DNA from: Geopsychrobacteraceae bacterium
Lineage (GTDB): Bacteria > Desulfobacterota > Desulfuromonadia > Desulfuromonadales > Geopsychrobacteraceae
Direction of reading: 5' to 3'
NCBI GenBank assembly: GCA_963676795.2
Contig: CAXXTB010000002.1
Span: forward strand, 1,824,001-1,888,000
Length of the DNA: 64,000 nt
Below, piece by piece: positions 19,136 to 28,826 of the stretch. Each line of letters begins with the position of its first letter. Within the stretch, counting starts at the first letter, position 1. The notes under the pieces were generated by a model. The model worked only from the letters and a program-made list of their open reading frames with translations, had not been told where the DNA came from and searched no databases. The position numbers and the translations under genes were made by a program.

Positions 19136-20878
19136 ATGGCAGAAGAACGCACCATTTCCTTTTCAGATCTCGAACTTGATCCTAAAATCCTTAAAGTTGT
19201 CAACGAGATCGGTTATGAAACACCGACCCCAATCCAGCAGCAGAGCATTCCACCTCTGCTGGCGGGTTGCGACCTGCTCGGCCAGGCGCAGACCGGTACA
19301 GGAAAGACTGCGGCGTTCTCACTGCCTCTGCTCAGCCGCATCTCGATCCGCAACGAACATCCCCAGCTGTTAATCCTGACCCCGACCCGCGAGCTGGCCC
19401 TACAGGTCGCCGAGGCAATCCAGACCTACAGCCGCCATCTCAAAGGCTGCCACGTCCTGCCGATCTACGGCGGCCAGAACATGGGACAACAGTTGCGTCA
19501 GCTCAAACGCGGCGTCCAGGTCGTCGTCGGCACCCCCGGACGGATCAAGGATCACCTCCAGCGTGGCACCCTGCGCCTCGACCGGATTCGCGCCGTCGTC
19601 ATCGACGAAGCTGATGAAATGCTCAAGATGGGCTTCATCGACGACGTTGAAGAGATACTGCAGAGCGCACCAGAGGATCGCCAGACCGCCCTCTTTTCAG
19701 CTACCATGCCGAAAGAGATCCTGAGCGTCGCCCACAAGCACCTCAAGAACCCGGTCGACATCCGCATCAAGAGCAAAACTTCGACGGTCGAGAAAATCAC
19801 CCAGCGTTTCTGGCAGGTCAAGGGGCTTCACAAACTCGACGCCCTGACCCGTATCCTTGAAGCCGAAGAAATCGATGCCATGATCATCTTCGTCCGCACC
19901 AAGGTCGCCACCGTTGAACTCTCGGAAAAGCTCGAAGCCCGTGGTTTCTCCAGTGCTCCGTTGAACGGCGACATGACCCAGATGCTCAGGGAAAAAACCA
20001 TCGAGCGACTCAAGGACGGCTCCCTCGATATCGTCGTCGCCACCGACGTTGTGGCCCGCGGCCTCGATGTGCCGCGTATCAGCCATGTTGTTAACTATGA
20101 TATTCCACACGATATCGAATCCTACATCCATCGTATCGGCCGGACCGGCCGGGCCGGTCGTGAAGGAAAAGCGATTCTCTTCGTCGCGCCACGCGAAAAA
20201 CGGATGCTCAGCGCTATCGAACGGGCCACCAAACAACCGATCAAGGCGATGGCCCTGCCCAGCCGTAACGATATCACCAGCCGCCGGATCAACCAGTTCA
20301 AGGAACAGGTCTCAGAAATCCTGGAATCTCAGGAACTTGAATTCTTCGAAGAACTGGTCGACGACCTGCAGAGCAGCTTCGATATCGGCCATAGAAAAAT
20401 TGCTGCAGCCCTGACCTACCTGCTCCAGAAGGAACGTCCGCTGCAACTGGATGAGTCTTTTGCAGAGGAAGAGATTGTCGAAGAAAAGCCGGAACGCAGA
20501 AGACCATCAGCTCCGCGCAGCACCAGCGGACTGGTCTCCTACCGGGTTGAAGTCGGTCGTGTCCACGGGGTCAATCCGGGCAATCTGGTCGGCGCCCTGA
20601 GTAATGAAGGGAAGATCGATGCCCGCAGTATCGGCCGGATCAATATCTTTGACAACTTTACCCTGATCGATCTCCCTGAGGGAATCACTCCTGACCAGCT
20701 GCACAAGATGCGCAAGATTACTGTCTGCGACGAACAGCTGCAGATCAGCGTCGACAGCGGCGCTCCGGAACGGGACGGCAAGAAAAAACCTTTTGCCAAG
20801 AAAAAGTTCGACGGCGACAGAGGCCCCAGAAGCAAAAAGCCCTTTGCACCGAAACAGCGCAAAGGGCCAAAAAAGTAA
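19136..20878 (+). CDS. deaD: DEAD-box RNA helicase, DeaD/CsdA type
   Basis: Q motif PTPIQ, AQTGTGKT, PTRELA, DEAD, SAT, HRIGRTGRAG; C-terminal DbpA RNA-binding domain and basic tail. Confidence 0.93.
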   Translation: MAEERTISFSDLELDPKILKVVNEIGYETPTPIQQQSIPPLLAGCDLLGQAQTGTGKTAAFSLPLLSRISIRNEHPQLLILTPTRELALQVAEAIQTYSRHLKGCHVLPIYGGQNMGQQLRQLKRGVQVVVGTPGRIKDHLQRGTLRLDRIRAVVIDEADEMLKMGFIDDVEEILQSAPEDRQTALFSATMPKEILSVAHKHLKNPVDIRIKSKTSTVEKITQRFWQVKGLHKLDALTRILEAEEIDAMIIFVRTKVATVELSEKLEARGFSSAPLNGDMTQMLREKTIERLKDGSLDIVVATDVVARGLDVPRISHVVNYDIPHDIESYIHRIGRTGRAGREGKAILFVAPREKRMLSAIERATKQPIKAMALPSRNDITSRRINQFKEQVSEILESQELEFFEELVDDLQSSFDIGHRKIAAALTYLLQKERPLQLDESFAEEEIVEEKPERRRPSAPRSTSGLVSYRVEVGRVHGVNPGNLVGALSNEGKIDARSIGRINIFDNFTLIDLPEGITPDQLHKMRKITVCDEQLQISVDSGAPERDGKKKPFAKKKFDGDRGPRSKKPFAPKQRKGPKK

Positions 20879-20893
20879 CACGCAAGAAAGATA

Positions 20894-22012
20894 TCAGCGC
20901 GGGCAGTCGTAACCACCAACGAGACCGTTCTTGGTGAGGACGATCTGCCACAGCTGGTTGATTCTGGAGCGGAAAGACCCGGCACAGGAGAGCAGATAGA
21001 AGTCCCACATGCGGCGGAAACGTTCATTATATGCCCCGCTCAGCTGTGGCCAGGCAGCGGTGAAGTTTTCATACCAGGCCATCAGGGTCCGATCGTAATC
21101 GGGCCCGAAGTTGTGCCAGTCCTCCATGACAAACAGACCTTCATAGGCATCACAGATCTGACTGGTTGACGGCAGCATGCCGTTGCGGAAGATATATTTG
21201 TCAATCCATGGATCGGTCTTGGTCGTCGGGCGATTGCCGCCGATGGTGTGGAGCAGGAAAATCCCCTCGTCATCCAGCAGTTCAGCCACTTTACTGAAAT
21301 AGGTCTGATAATTTTTGTAACCGACGTGCTCGAACATGCCGATCGACACGATACGGTCGAACTTTCCGTCCAGGGTCCGGTAATCCTGGACACGGATATC
21401 GACCGGCAGACCGGCGCAGTTTTCCTTAGCCAGCTTCGCCTGCTCGGTCGAGATGGTCACACCGACAACCTCAACACCATAGCGTTCAGCCATAAACCTG
21501 GCTGTTCCGCCCCAGCCACAACCGATATCGAGAACTTTCTGCCCTTTCTCCAGTCTCAGCTTACGACAGGTCAGATCGAGCTTATGTTCCTGGGCTTCGT
21601 TGAGATTACCGGCATTCTTCCAGTAAGCACAGCTGTAGATCATCCGCTCGTCAAGCATCAGACGATAGAGGTCGTTACCGGCATTGTAGTGCTGCTCTCC
21701 AACCTGATATGCGCGCTTTATCGACTGACGATTCATCAGCTTGGCTTTAAGCGCTGCGATAACCAAAACTACGGTTTTGAAATTTTCGTCCAGTTTGGAA
21801 CGCAACAGGCGATCGATCAACTGATCCAGCGCTTCGCAGTCCCACCAGCCGTCCATATAGGCTTCGCCAAAGCCGAGCGATCCCTGAGCCATAACCCGCT
21901 TATACAGCTCGTTGTTTTTAACCTGAATATCCCAGGGACGACTGCCGCCAATGAGGACATCCGCCGATTCAAGCATCGTTTCAATCTGTTTTTTAAATTC
22001 ATTTGCTGACAT
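20894..22012 (-). CDS. cfa: Cyclopropane fatty acyl phospholipid synthase
   Basis: GSLGFGEAYMDGWW, YSCAYW, LDIGCGWG, SIGMFEHVG, RMWDFYL. Confidence 0.95.
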   Translation of the reverse strand: MSANEFKKQIETMLESADVLIGGSRPWDIQVKNNELYKRVMAQGSLGFGEAYMDGWWDCEALDQLIDRLLRSKLDENFKTVVLVIAALKAKLMNRQSIKRAYQVGEQHYNAGNDLYRLMLDERMIYSCAYWKNAGNLNEAQEHKLDLTCRKLRLEKGQKVLDIGCGWGGTARFMAERYGVEVVGVTISTEQAKLAKENCAGLPVDIRVQDYRTLDGKFDRIVSIGMFEHVGYKNYQTYFSKVAELLDDEGIFLLHTIGGNRPTTKTDPWIDKYIFRNGMLPSTSQICDAYEGLFVMEDWHNFGPDYDRTLMAWYENFTAAWPQLSGAYNERFRRMWDFYLLSCAGSFRSRINQLWQIVLTKNGLVGGYDCPR

Positions 22013-22193
22013 ACTGCCTCCCGACCAAGATGCAACCAGGCCCGAGATAGATAAGTACAGACCTGGGAACAGCGACCTGAAATAACAAAATTAACCAATA
22101 AAAAACATGTCTCTCACAAAAGATCCGTACAGAGGGTTACGACAAAAAATACTGGCTGTCAAGTCTCTATGAGTAAAAACGCAACCCAGTTAC

Positions 22194-23258
22194 TCATTGT
22201 GGAACAAATGAGACTGACGCATCGATTTTCCCGATCGTTGCCGTCAACAACCTGATGGCATTTTCCAGATCGGCAAGATCCAGGGTCTCGACCGGCGTAT
22301 GCATGTAGCGCAGCGGAATCGTCACCAGACCGGTCGCAATCCCTCCGCGTGACAGTTGCATCACGTTGGCATCGTTACCGGCGGCCCTGGGCAGACCGAC
22401 CAGCTGGACCGGAATATTCTCCTCCCTGGCGGTGTCAAGCAGCAGCTTGAACAGGACAGGGTTGACATTGGCACCGCGTGGCAGAACCGGCCCTTTGCCA
22501 ATGGTAACCCGGCCGATCGAAGTCGCTTCGACGTCGGGATAATCGGTTGCGTGGGTGACTTCAATAACGATACCGACATCCGGATTGACTCCATAACTGC
22601 TGGTGGTGCTACCACGCAGTCCGATCTCTTCCTGAACGGTCGAGACCGCATAAAGATCAGCGGCAACGGGACCGAGAGATTTGACTCGCCTGAGAGTTTC
22701 GGCGACGATGAAAGCCCCGACCTTGTCATCGAAAGCACGCGACGTGACCCGCTCCCCTTGCAGACGCTGCACACCGACAGAGAAGGTCACCGGATCGCCG
22801 ATCCGGATCAGTGCCTCGACCTCTTCACGGCTACTGCAGCCGATGTCGATAAACTGCTTCTGCAGCTTGATGACATTGTTGCGGTCCTGTGGCTCGATCA
22901 GGTGAATCGCCTTCTTGCCGATCACGCCACCAACCGGGCCGTTCTCCGTGTGGATAGAGACGCGCTGCCCCGGCGACAGGTGAGGATCAACACCGCCGAT
23001 CGCGGCAAAATAGATAAAACCGTTATCGTCGACATACTGAACCATGAAACCGATTTCGTCACAGTGCCCGGCCAGCATGACCTTAGGGCCACCGCTACCG
23101 CGCAACAGGGCGATCTGATTACCCATGACATCGGTACTGATCTCATCGGCATCGTGCCGCAGATGTTCCCGGATCAGACGCTGGGCGGGCTGCTCATAAC
23201 CTGACGGGCTGGCGGTTTCAACCAGGCGCTGAAGAAAATCGAATTCCTGCTTATCCAT
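22194..23258 (-). CDS. M42 family metallopeptidase
   Basis: SPSGYE, GHCDEIG, AFDDK, VQEEIGLRG, RYMHTPVE. Confidence 0.93.
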   Translation of the reverse strand: MDKQEFDFLQRLVETASPSGYEQPAQRLIREHLRHDADEISTDVMGNQIALLRGSGGPKVMLAGHCDEIGFMVQYVDDNGFIYFAAIGGVDPHLSPGQRVSIHTENGPVGGVIGKKAIHLIEPQDRNNVIKLQKQFIDIGCSSREEVEALIRIGDPVTFSVGVQRLQGERVTSRAFDDKVGAFIVAETLRRVKSLGPVAADLYAVSTVQEEIGLRGSTTSSYGVNPDVGIVIEVTHATDYPDVEATSIGRVTIGKGPVLPRGANVNPVLFKLLLDTAREENIPVQLVGLPRAAGNDANVMQLSRGGIATGLVTIPLRYMHTPVETLDLADLENAIRLLTATIGKIDASVSFVPQ

Positions 23259-23262
23259 CACT

Positions 23263-23913
23263 CTACCCCTTAGCCCTGGCGACCAGTTGGCGTGAATTTT
23301 CCAGTGTCGCCAGGTACTGTTCTTCACTCAAGCCGGCACCATAAGCGATCTTGCGGGCCATCTCCGCAGAGACCAGATCCCCCGGCGCGTGGGCATCATT
23401 GTTGATGACCAGTTTCGCACCGTACTGCAGAGCGAGGCGGGCAACGTGGCCATTGGTCAGCGAATGACCTTTTCGCGTCGTCAGTTCGAGACAGACCCCT
23501 TTCTCGGCCGCAAGACGCACCTCCTCCTCAGTGATCAGCCCCGGGTGAGCGAGCACATCGACACCGGCCTGAATGGCCGCCAGATTGGTCCCGGGGATAA
23601 CCGGCTCGACAATCGTCTCACCATGCACGACGACAATCTCGGCACCATGATCACGGGCCATACCGGCCACGGCGGCAATCGCTGCTGGCGGAACGTGGGT
23701 CAGTTCGACCCCGGCCAGAACCTGCATATTGTTGGCGGCCCCGAGCTCATCGACGACATCAACGATCTGACTAAGTAACCACCTGGTGTTACTGCTGTCG
23801 GCATGGTCGGTTATCGCCATGGCTGAATAACCGGCAACCGAGGCGCGCCGGATCAGTTCCGCCGGAACAAGCTCACCGTCGCTGAAAAAAGTATGGGTAT
23901 GCAGGTCTATCAT
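23263..23913 (-). CDS. PHP domain protein (histidinol phosphatase-like)
   Basis: DLHTHT..SDG, ITDH, GVELTH, VHGET, LAHPG, NDAH. Confidence 0.9.
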   Translation of the reverse strand: MIDLHTHTFFSDGELVPAELIRRASVAGYSAMAITDHADSSNTRWLLSQIVDVVDELGAANNMQVLAGVELTHVPPAAIAAVAGMARDHGAEIVVVHGETIVEPVIPGTNLAAIQAGVDVLAHPGLITEEEVRLAAEKGVCLELTTRKGHSLTNGHVARLALQYGAKLVINNDAHAPGDLVSAEMARKIAYGAGLSEEQYLATLENSRQLVARAKG

Positions 23914-23931
23914 TTTTGGTGCACCTCCAAA

Positions 23932-25260
23932 TCAGTCGCGAGGAATAAGCTCGCCCAGATGAGAATTACGGAAGACATCGACAATCTTGACCCTCTGGGT
24001 CGTCCCGATCAGATTTTCAGCACCGCTGAAATTGACGATCCGGTTCCAGGTGGTCCGGCCGAACAACTGGCCAGCCCCCTGCTTGCTGACGCCTTCGACC
24101 AGAACCTCCTGAACCTGGCCGGCATCACTGCGCCAGATCCTGTCGCTGTGGCTCTGCTGCAGTTCGAGCAGACGGTCAAAACGCTCCTGCTTGCTCTGGG
24201 CCGACTCGGGATCGGCCATCTTCGCCGCGGCGGTTTCAACGCGCGGCGAATAGAGGAAGGTATAGGCATCACAGTAACCGACATGATCGACCAATTGCAG
24301 AGTTTCGAGGAAGTCCTCTTCGTTCTCACCAGGAAAGCCGACGATAATATCGGTGGTCAGGCGGATCTCCGGACAGACCGCTTTGAGCTTTTCGACCTTG
24401 TGCAGGTAATCCGCCGCACTGTAACCGCGGTTCATCAGCTTGAGAATCCGATCGGAGCCGCTTTGAAACGGCAGATGGACGTGTTTGCACAGCTTGTCCA
24501 GGGTCCCGAAGCTCCCTATCAGCTCATCGGTCAGATCCTTGGGGTGCGACGTGGCGAAGCGGATCCGCTCCAGCCCTGCAACCTGATTGACCCTGTGCAG
24601 CAGCTCGGCAAAAGAGATCTCATCCTGTTCTTTAAGGCCGTAGGAATTAACGTTCTGCCCCAGCAGGGTAATTTCCCGTATTCCCTGTTCGACCAGCCTC
24701 TCAATCTCGGTAAGGATCTCGCCGCTGGGGCGGCTGATTTCACGACCACGGACATGCGGAACAATACAGTAGGAACAGAAGTTGTCGCAGCCCTGCATGA
24801 CTGTCACGAAGCGGGTTACGCCACTGCGCAGAGAACGCTCCGGGAACAGCTGCAGGCGGGTCTCCCGATCGAGAAACTCGGTCTCGCTGCCACGCTTGCG
24901 GCGCTGTTCAACCTGGGCCACCAGCTCGGGCAGCTTATGAATATTGTGGGTACCGAAGACCAGGTCCAGATAGGGAACCTTGTCGAGCATACGCTCCCCT
25001 TCCTGCTGGGCGACACAGCCGCCAACCCCGATAATCAGATCGGGGCGCTGGTCCTTGATCGGCTTGAAACGGCCGAGATGACCGTAGACCCGGCGCTCCG
25101 CCTTATCACGGACCGAGCAGGTATTGAGCAGAACCAGGTCCGCCTGCTCGGCACTGCCAACCTGCTGATAGCCGATCCCCTGGAGCAGATCCGCGATCTG
25201 TTCGGAATCGACGACATTCATTTGACAACCAAAAGTTTCAAGAAAAAACGCTTTACTCAT
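23932..25260 (-). CDS. miaB: tRNA i6A37 methylthiotransferase MiaB
   Basis: TFGCQMN, NTCSVR, GCVAQQEG, CDNFCSYC, LLGQNVNSY, TSHP; TRAM domain. Confidence 0.96.
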   Translation of the reverse strand: MSKAFFLETFGCQMNVVDSEQIADLLQGIGYQQVGSAEQADLVLLNTCSVRDKAERRVYGHLGRFKPIKDQRPDLIIGVGGCVAQQEGERMLDKVPYLDLVFGTHNIHKLPELVAQVEQRRKRGSETEFLDRETRLQLFPERSLRSGVTRFVTVMQGCDNFCSYCIVPHVRGREISRPSGEILTEIERLVEQGIREITLLGQNVNSYGLKEQDEISFAELLHRVNQVAGLERIRFATSHPKDLTDELIGSFGTLDKLCKHVHLPFQSGSDRILKLMNRGYSAADYLHKVEKLKAVCPEIRLTTDIIVGFPGENEEDFLETLQLVDHVGYCDAYTFLYSPRVETAAAKMADPESAQSKQERFDRLLELQQSHSDRIWRSDAGQVQEVLVEGVSKQGAGQLFGRTTWNRIVNFSGAENLIGTTQRVKIVDVFRNSHLGELIPRD

Positions 25261-25342
25261 TGACCACCATCACTGCTAAAAATTTTTTCGAAGCGCGCAT
25301 CTTAGCGGGTATGACTCATCAAAGTCAAAACTTCTCCGCAAT

Positions 25343-25837
25343 TCAGAGTCTTTTACTCGGCAATGTCTCGACCAACAGTTCGGGATGCTCGAGACATTCA
25401 AGAATAACCGATCGGTCCTGAGAAAAACAGAGCTTCAGACTGGCGAGATGTTCACCGTACGTCTTCTTCTGCACTCCCTCGTACTGTTCCAGATCAAAAG
25501 TCAGGAGCCTGCTCCGACCGGATCTGATCAGCAACCGGCGAGTGGTCAGAAGATAGAATATCCCTTCCCAACGCCAGCGCCTGTATATGAGGGCACATGG
25601 ACCGACAAGAAAAGCGCCCAAGGTAATGACGCAGGGCAGCAAAACCACCCAGAACGGCAGTTCACCCGCCTGCAATAGTTGCCAGCCAAGGATCGTCCAG
25701 AAAGACGCAGCCAGAAAAAGCAGGCAACCGAGCAGCGATCGGAACCAGTGGCTAAATACATAGCAGCGCGGAGCCGGGCGTCCCTGCCAGAGCAGGACCT
25801 CGCCGGTGTCCAGCGACCATTCTGGCGTCTGCTTCAT
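25343..25837 (-). CDS. Membrane protein with two TM helices and a probable bacterial PH-like domain
   Basis: L..GE.LLWQGRP, two hydrophobic segments, Y.LT.RRL; ATGA overlap with the upstream gene. Confidence 0.6.
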   Translation of the reverse strand: MKQTPEWSLDTGEVLLWQGRPAPRCYVFSHWFRSLLGCLLFLAASFWTILGWQLLQAGELPFWVVLLPCVITLGAFLVGPCALIYRRWRWEGIFYLLTTRRLLIRSGRSRLLTFDLEQYEGVQKKTYGEHLASLKLCFSQDRSVILECLEHPELLVETLPSKRL

Positions 25838-27102
25838 CGGCCAAGAACCTTGAGCCGTTCAGCCGCGCTGTGGCCAAGTCGGGACGATGGGGCAAAACGG
25901 GTTACCAGGCCGTAGAGCTCAATGGCCCGCTCAGTATGTTCGAGCGATTCTTCGGCCTGCCCGAGCAGAAACAATCCCTCCGGCGTTACCCGCAGACTGA
26001 TCGCCAGCTGCAGCTGCTCGGAGGCCTCCTGATATTCCCCGGAGTTCAGATAAAGGTATCCCAAGCCGGACCGGGACCGATAGAATTGTGGATCGGCGGC
26101 GACTGCCTTGAGCAGGTAACGTTTCGCCGGTACGACATCATCGATACGCAGATAAGCCATTCCCAGAGCGCAGTGCAGCAACCCCTGCGCCGGAGCCTGC
26201 TGCATCGCCCTGTGATAGATCTCAATCGCCTCTGCATTGTGACCGGCAAACTCGACGGATCGGGCCTGGTCGTAAAGCGCATAAGCTGCTTCTGTCTCTT
26301 TCAACGCTGCAATCCGTTCAAGATAGTGCTGCGATTTCTGTCCCTGCGGATTGTTTTCCTCAGTGGAATCGCCAAGGGCCGCCGTTCGCTCCCGCAATGC
26401 AGCCAAAGCTCCAGGCGTCCTGGCGGCACACTCCGGTTTCTCAATATCTTGCCGCAGCAGATCATGGCTGAGCTTCAGCAGCTCAATGACTCCGTCCTCT
26501 GGGTACCCGGCGCGGGTCAACATAGCAACTGCCGCATGATCTGCGGCCATTTGCTGCCCTTGCGTATATTCATGCTGCTGCAACTGATCTGCCAGCTCCT
26601 CCAGCTGCAGGCGGGCAAGGGTCTGCAGATAAAATTCGGACCGCGCAGCTGGACCGTCGCTGACAAATGGGCCTTTTTCCAGCGGGGCAAACAGATCGAT
26701 AGCATGGCGTTCCGCCAGATGGCTGATCGCATGCGCCAGAACCGCGGCCAGCTGAGCCTCATCGTCAAGGACTGACAACAGGCCGCGCGATACAATGACA
26801 TAACCACCGGGCAAAGCCTGAACAGTGGGAGCAGAATCATTGACAACGGCGAAGACCATACTTTCGACACGAGCACTATCTGCCAGACTGCTGCCGACCT
26901 GACCGACGTAGCTCTGCAACTGGGCATCGGAATAGAGTCCACCCCTTTTCTGCACAACGAGATCAAACAGTTCGCCGCCCAGAAGACGGTCCTGCCCATG
27001 ATCAGGCGAGTCCATAACACGGGGCGGCGAAACAGGTGCGGGCTTCGGGCTGCAACTGGCCAGCAGAAGGATCAGAACAATCAGCAACAGACGCAATTTC
27101 AT
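25834..27102 (-). CDS. M48 peptidase-like lipoprotein with C-terminal TPRs (degenerate active site)
   Basis: Lipobox LASC, ALPGGY..VSRGLL..L.DEAQLAAVLAHAISH, TPR repeats. Confidence 0.8.
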   Translation of the reverse strand: MKLRLLLIVLILLLASCSPKPAPVSPPRVMDSPDHGQDRLLGGELFDLVVQKRGGLYSDAQLQSYVGQVGSSLADSARVESMVFAVVNDSAPTVQALPGGYVIVSRGLLSVLDDEAQLAAVLAHAISHLAERHAIDLFAPLEKGPFVSDGPAARSEFYLQTLARLQLEELADQLQQHEYTQGQQMAADHAAVAMLTRAGYPEDGVIELLKLSHDLLRQDIEKPECAARTPGALAALRERTAALGDSTEENNPQGQKSQHYLERIAALKETEAAYALYDQARSVEFAGHNAEAIEIYHRAMQQAPAQGLLHCALGMAYLRIDDVVPAKRYLLKAVAADPQFYRSRSGLGYLYLNSGEYQEASEQLQLAISLRVTPEGLFLLGQAEESLEHTERAIELYGLVTRFAPSSRLGHSAAERLKVLGR

Positions 27103-27246
27103 TTATGGTTTCCTCTCTCCAGGTGATGAGAAAGAGCAACCATAACACATTTTTTTCTTAAAACGGTTGCGCAAGAAAATATCAGCTACTATAAGAAAGA
27201 CAAGATCAGCCAGGCAGCCTTTACTTACCATGATTCCGGAGCCAAC

Positions 27247-27798
27247 ATGCTCAACGACGAAGATGCAAAAATCCTCTTCAGGATAGCCCGCGAAGCCATC
27301 AGAAGCGCCTGCAGACATCAGGAGTACCTCCCGCCTGCGCAGGAGGGGAAAGCCCTCAATAGACGCGCGGGCTGTTTCGTCACCATCAAGAAGCATGGCC
27401 AGTTGCGCGGCTGCATCGGCAATTTCCAATCGAGCATTCCGCTCTACCGCGAAGTCGCCCAGATGGCCGCAGCTGCAGCGACCGGCGATCCGCGCTTCAA
27501 CCCGATGAGCATAGAAGAGCTGGACGCAGCTGAACTTGAGATCACCGTCCTGACCGCGCTGAAAAAGATCGAGGACATCAAGCAGATTGAAATCGGCCGT
27601 CATGGCCTTTATATTGAAAAGAGCTTTCATCGTGGCGTCCTGCTTCCCCAGGTTGCCAGCGAATACGGCTGGGATCGTGAGACATTTCTCGCCCAGACCT
27701 GTATCAAGGCCGGGCTGAAGATGGATGCCTGGCGGGACCAGGAGGCTGATATCTATATTTTCAGCGGCCAGATCCTCAACGAAGGTCAATTCAACTAA
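27247..27798 (+). CDS. AmmeMemoRadiSam system protein A (AMMECR1 domain)
   Basis: GCFVT, LRGCIG, DPRF, GRHGL, GVLLPQVA. Confidence 0.92.
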   Translation: MLNDEDAKILFRIAREAIRSACRHQEYLPPAQEGKALNRRAGCFVTIKKHGQLRGCIGNFQSSIPLYREVAQMAAAAATGDPRFNPMSIEELDAAELEITVLTALKKIEDIKQIEIGRHGLYIEKSFHRGVLLPQVASEYGWDRETFLAQTCIKAGLKMDAWRDQEADIYIFSGQILNEGQFN

Positions 27799-27820
27799 TT
27801 TATCAACAAAGGCAGTACAA

Positions 27821-28561
27821 ATGACTGAAGTTTCAATAGAACTTGTCCCAAGAACAGAGAAGGCTCTGCGCGAGGAACTGCAGCTTGTCAAGGATCAGTT
27901 TCCCGCCATTGAACGGATCAACATCCCGGACATCCTGCGCTTCGACATGCGCAGCTGGACCGGCTGCGAGATTGCCAGCGAGTTTTTCAGCAAAACGATC
28001 CCCCACCTGCGGGCCATCGATTTCGACCCCGACGCGCCGCTGAAGATCATCGACAAGCTCACCTGCGAATCGGTCGAGGCGGTCCTGATCGTCAACGGCG
28101 ATCCACCCCAGGACATGAGCCACCGGGTCTACCGCACCAACTGCCTGGAGATGATCCGCCGTTTGAAAAGGGAGCTTCCGCAAATCAAGGTCTATGCCGG
28201 GCTCGACCAGTATCGCAGTGGCATCAAGGAAGAGATCGATTACGTCAGGGCCAAACACGATGCCGGAGCTGAAGCCTTCTTTACCCAGCCGTTTTTCGAC
28301 CTGCGCCTGATGGAAATCTACCAGGGACTGCTCAAGGGCTACAACGTCTACTGGGGGGTCTCGCCGGTTTTGACCCTGAACAGCCAGAGCTACTGGGAAA
28401 ACAGAAACAACGCCATATTTCCGCCGGACTTTGAGCCGACTATGGAATGGAACCGCGAATTCGCCAGAAAGACCATGGAGTTTGCCCGGGCGAACGGCGG
28501 CAACGTCTACTTCATGCCGATCCGCACCGACATCAAGGCCTATCTTGACGGCATCATCTGA
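27821..28561 (+). CDS. metF: Methylenetetrahydrofolate reductase family protein
   Basis: SIELVP, INIPD, IPHLRAID, GDPP, K..AGA..FFTQPFFD; adjacent to methionine synthase genes. Confidence 0.8.
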   Translation: MTEVSIELVPRTEKALREELQLVKDQFPAIERINIPDILRFDMRSWTGCEIASEFFSKTIPHLRAIDFDPDAPLKIIDKLTCESVEAVLIVNGDPPQDMSHRVYRTNCLEMIRRLKRELPQIKVYAGLDQYRSGIKEEIDYVRAKHDAGAEAFFTQPFFDLRLMEIYQGLLKGYNVYWGVSPVLTLNSQSYWENRNNAIFPPDFEPTMEWNREFARKTMEFARANGGNVYFMPIRTDIKAYLDGII

Positions 28562-28604
28562 TGCCGTCAGATGATGCCGTTATTTGAAATTTCAGATCTA
28601 AAAC

Positions 28605-28647
28605 GACAAAAAGCCCCTCACGCATCAGGCGTGAGGGGCTTTTTGTC
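28605..28647. terminator. Bidirectional terminator between metF and rubredoxin/metH
   Basis: 19-bp perfect inverted repeat GACAAAAAGCCCCTCACGC-ATCAG-GCGTGAGGGGCTTTTTGTC. Confidence 0.9.
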
Positions 28648-28804
28648 AGTCGAGCGGATCGAACTTGTCTGTTCCGGCGTAACAGAGCGGGCAGACCCAC
28701 TCTTCCGGCAGATCCTCAAAGGCCACTCCCGGAGCGACACCATTCATCTCGTCCCCCTTTTCAGGGTCATAGATATAACCGCAGCAGGTACAGATATAAC
28801 GCAT
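28646..28804 (-). CDS. Rubredoxin (52 aa, absent from the ORF track)
   Basis: Own translation [52 protein letters not shown] shows the CxxCGYxYD...FxDLPxxWxCPxC signature; AAGGAG RBS. Confidence 0.93.
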   Translation of the reverse strand: MRYICTCCGYIYDPEKGDEMNGVAPGVAFEDLPEEWVCPLCYAGTDKFDPLD

Positions 28805-28826
28805 GGTCTCTCCTTTTTTTCAGGCA

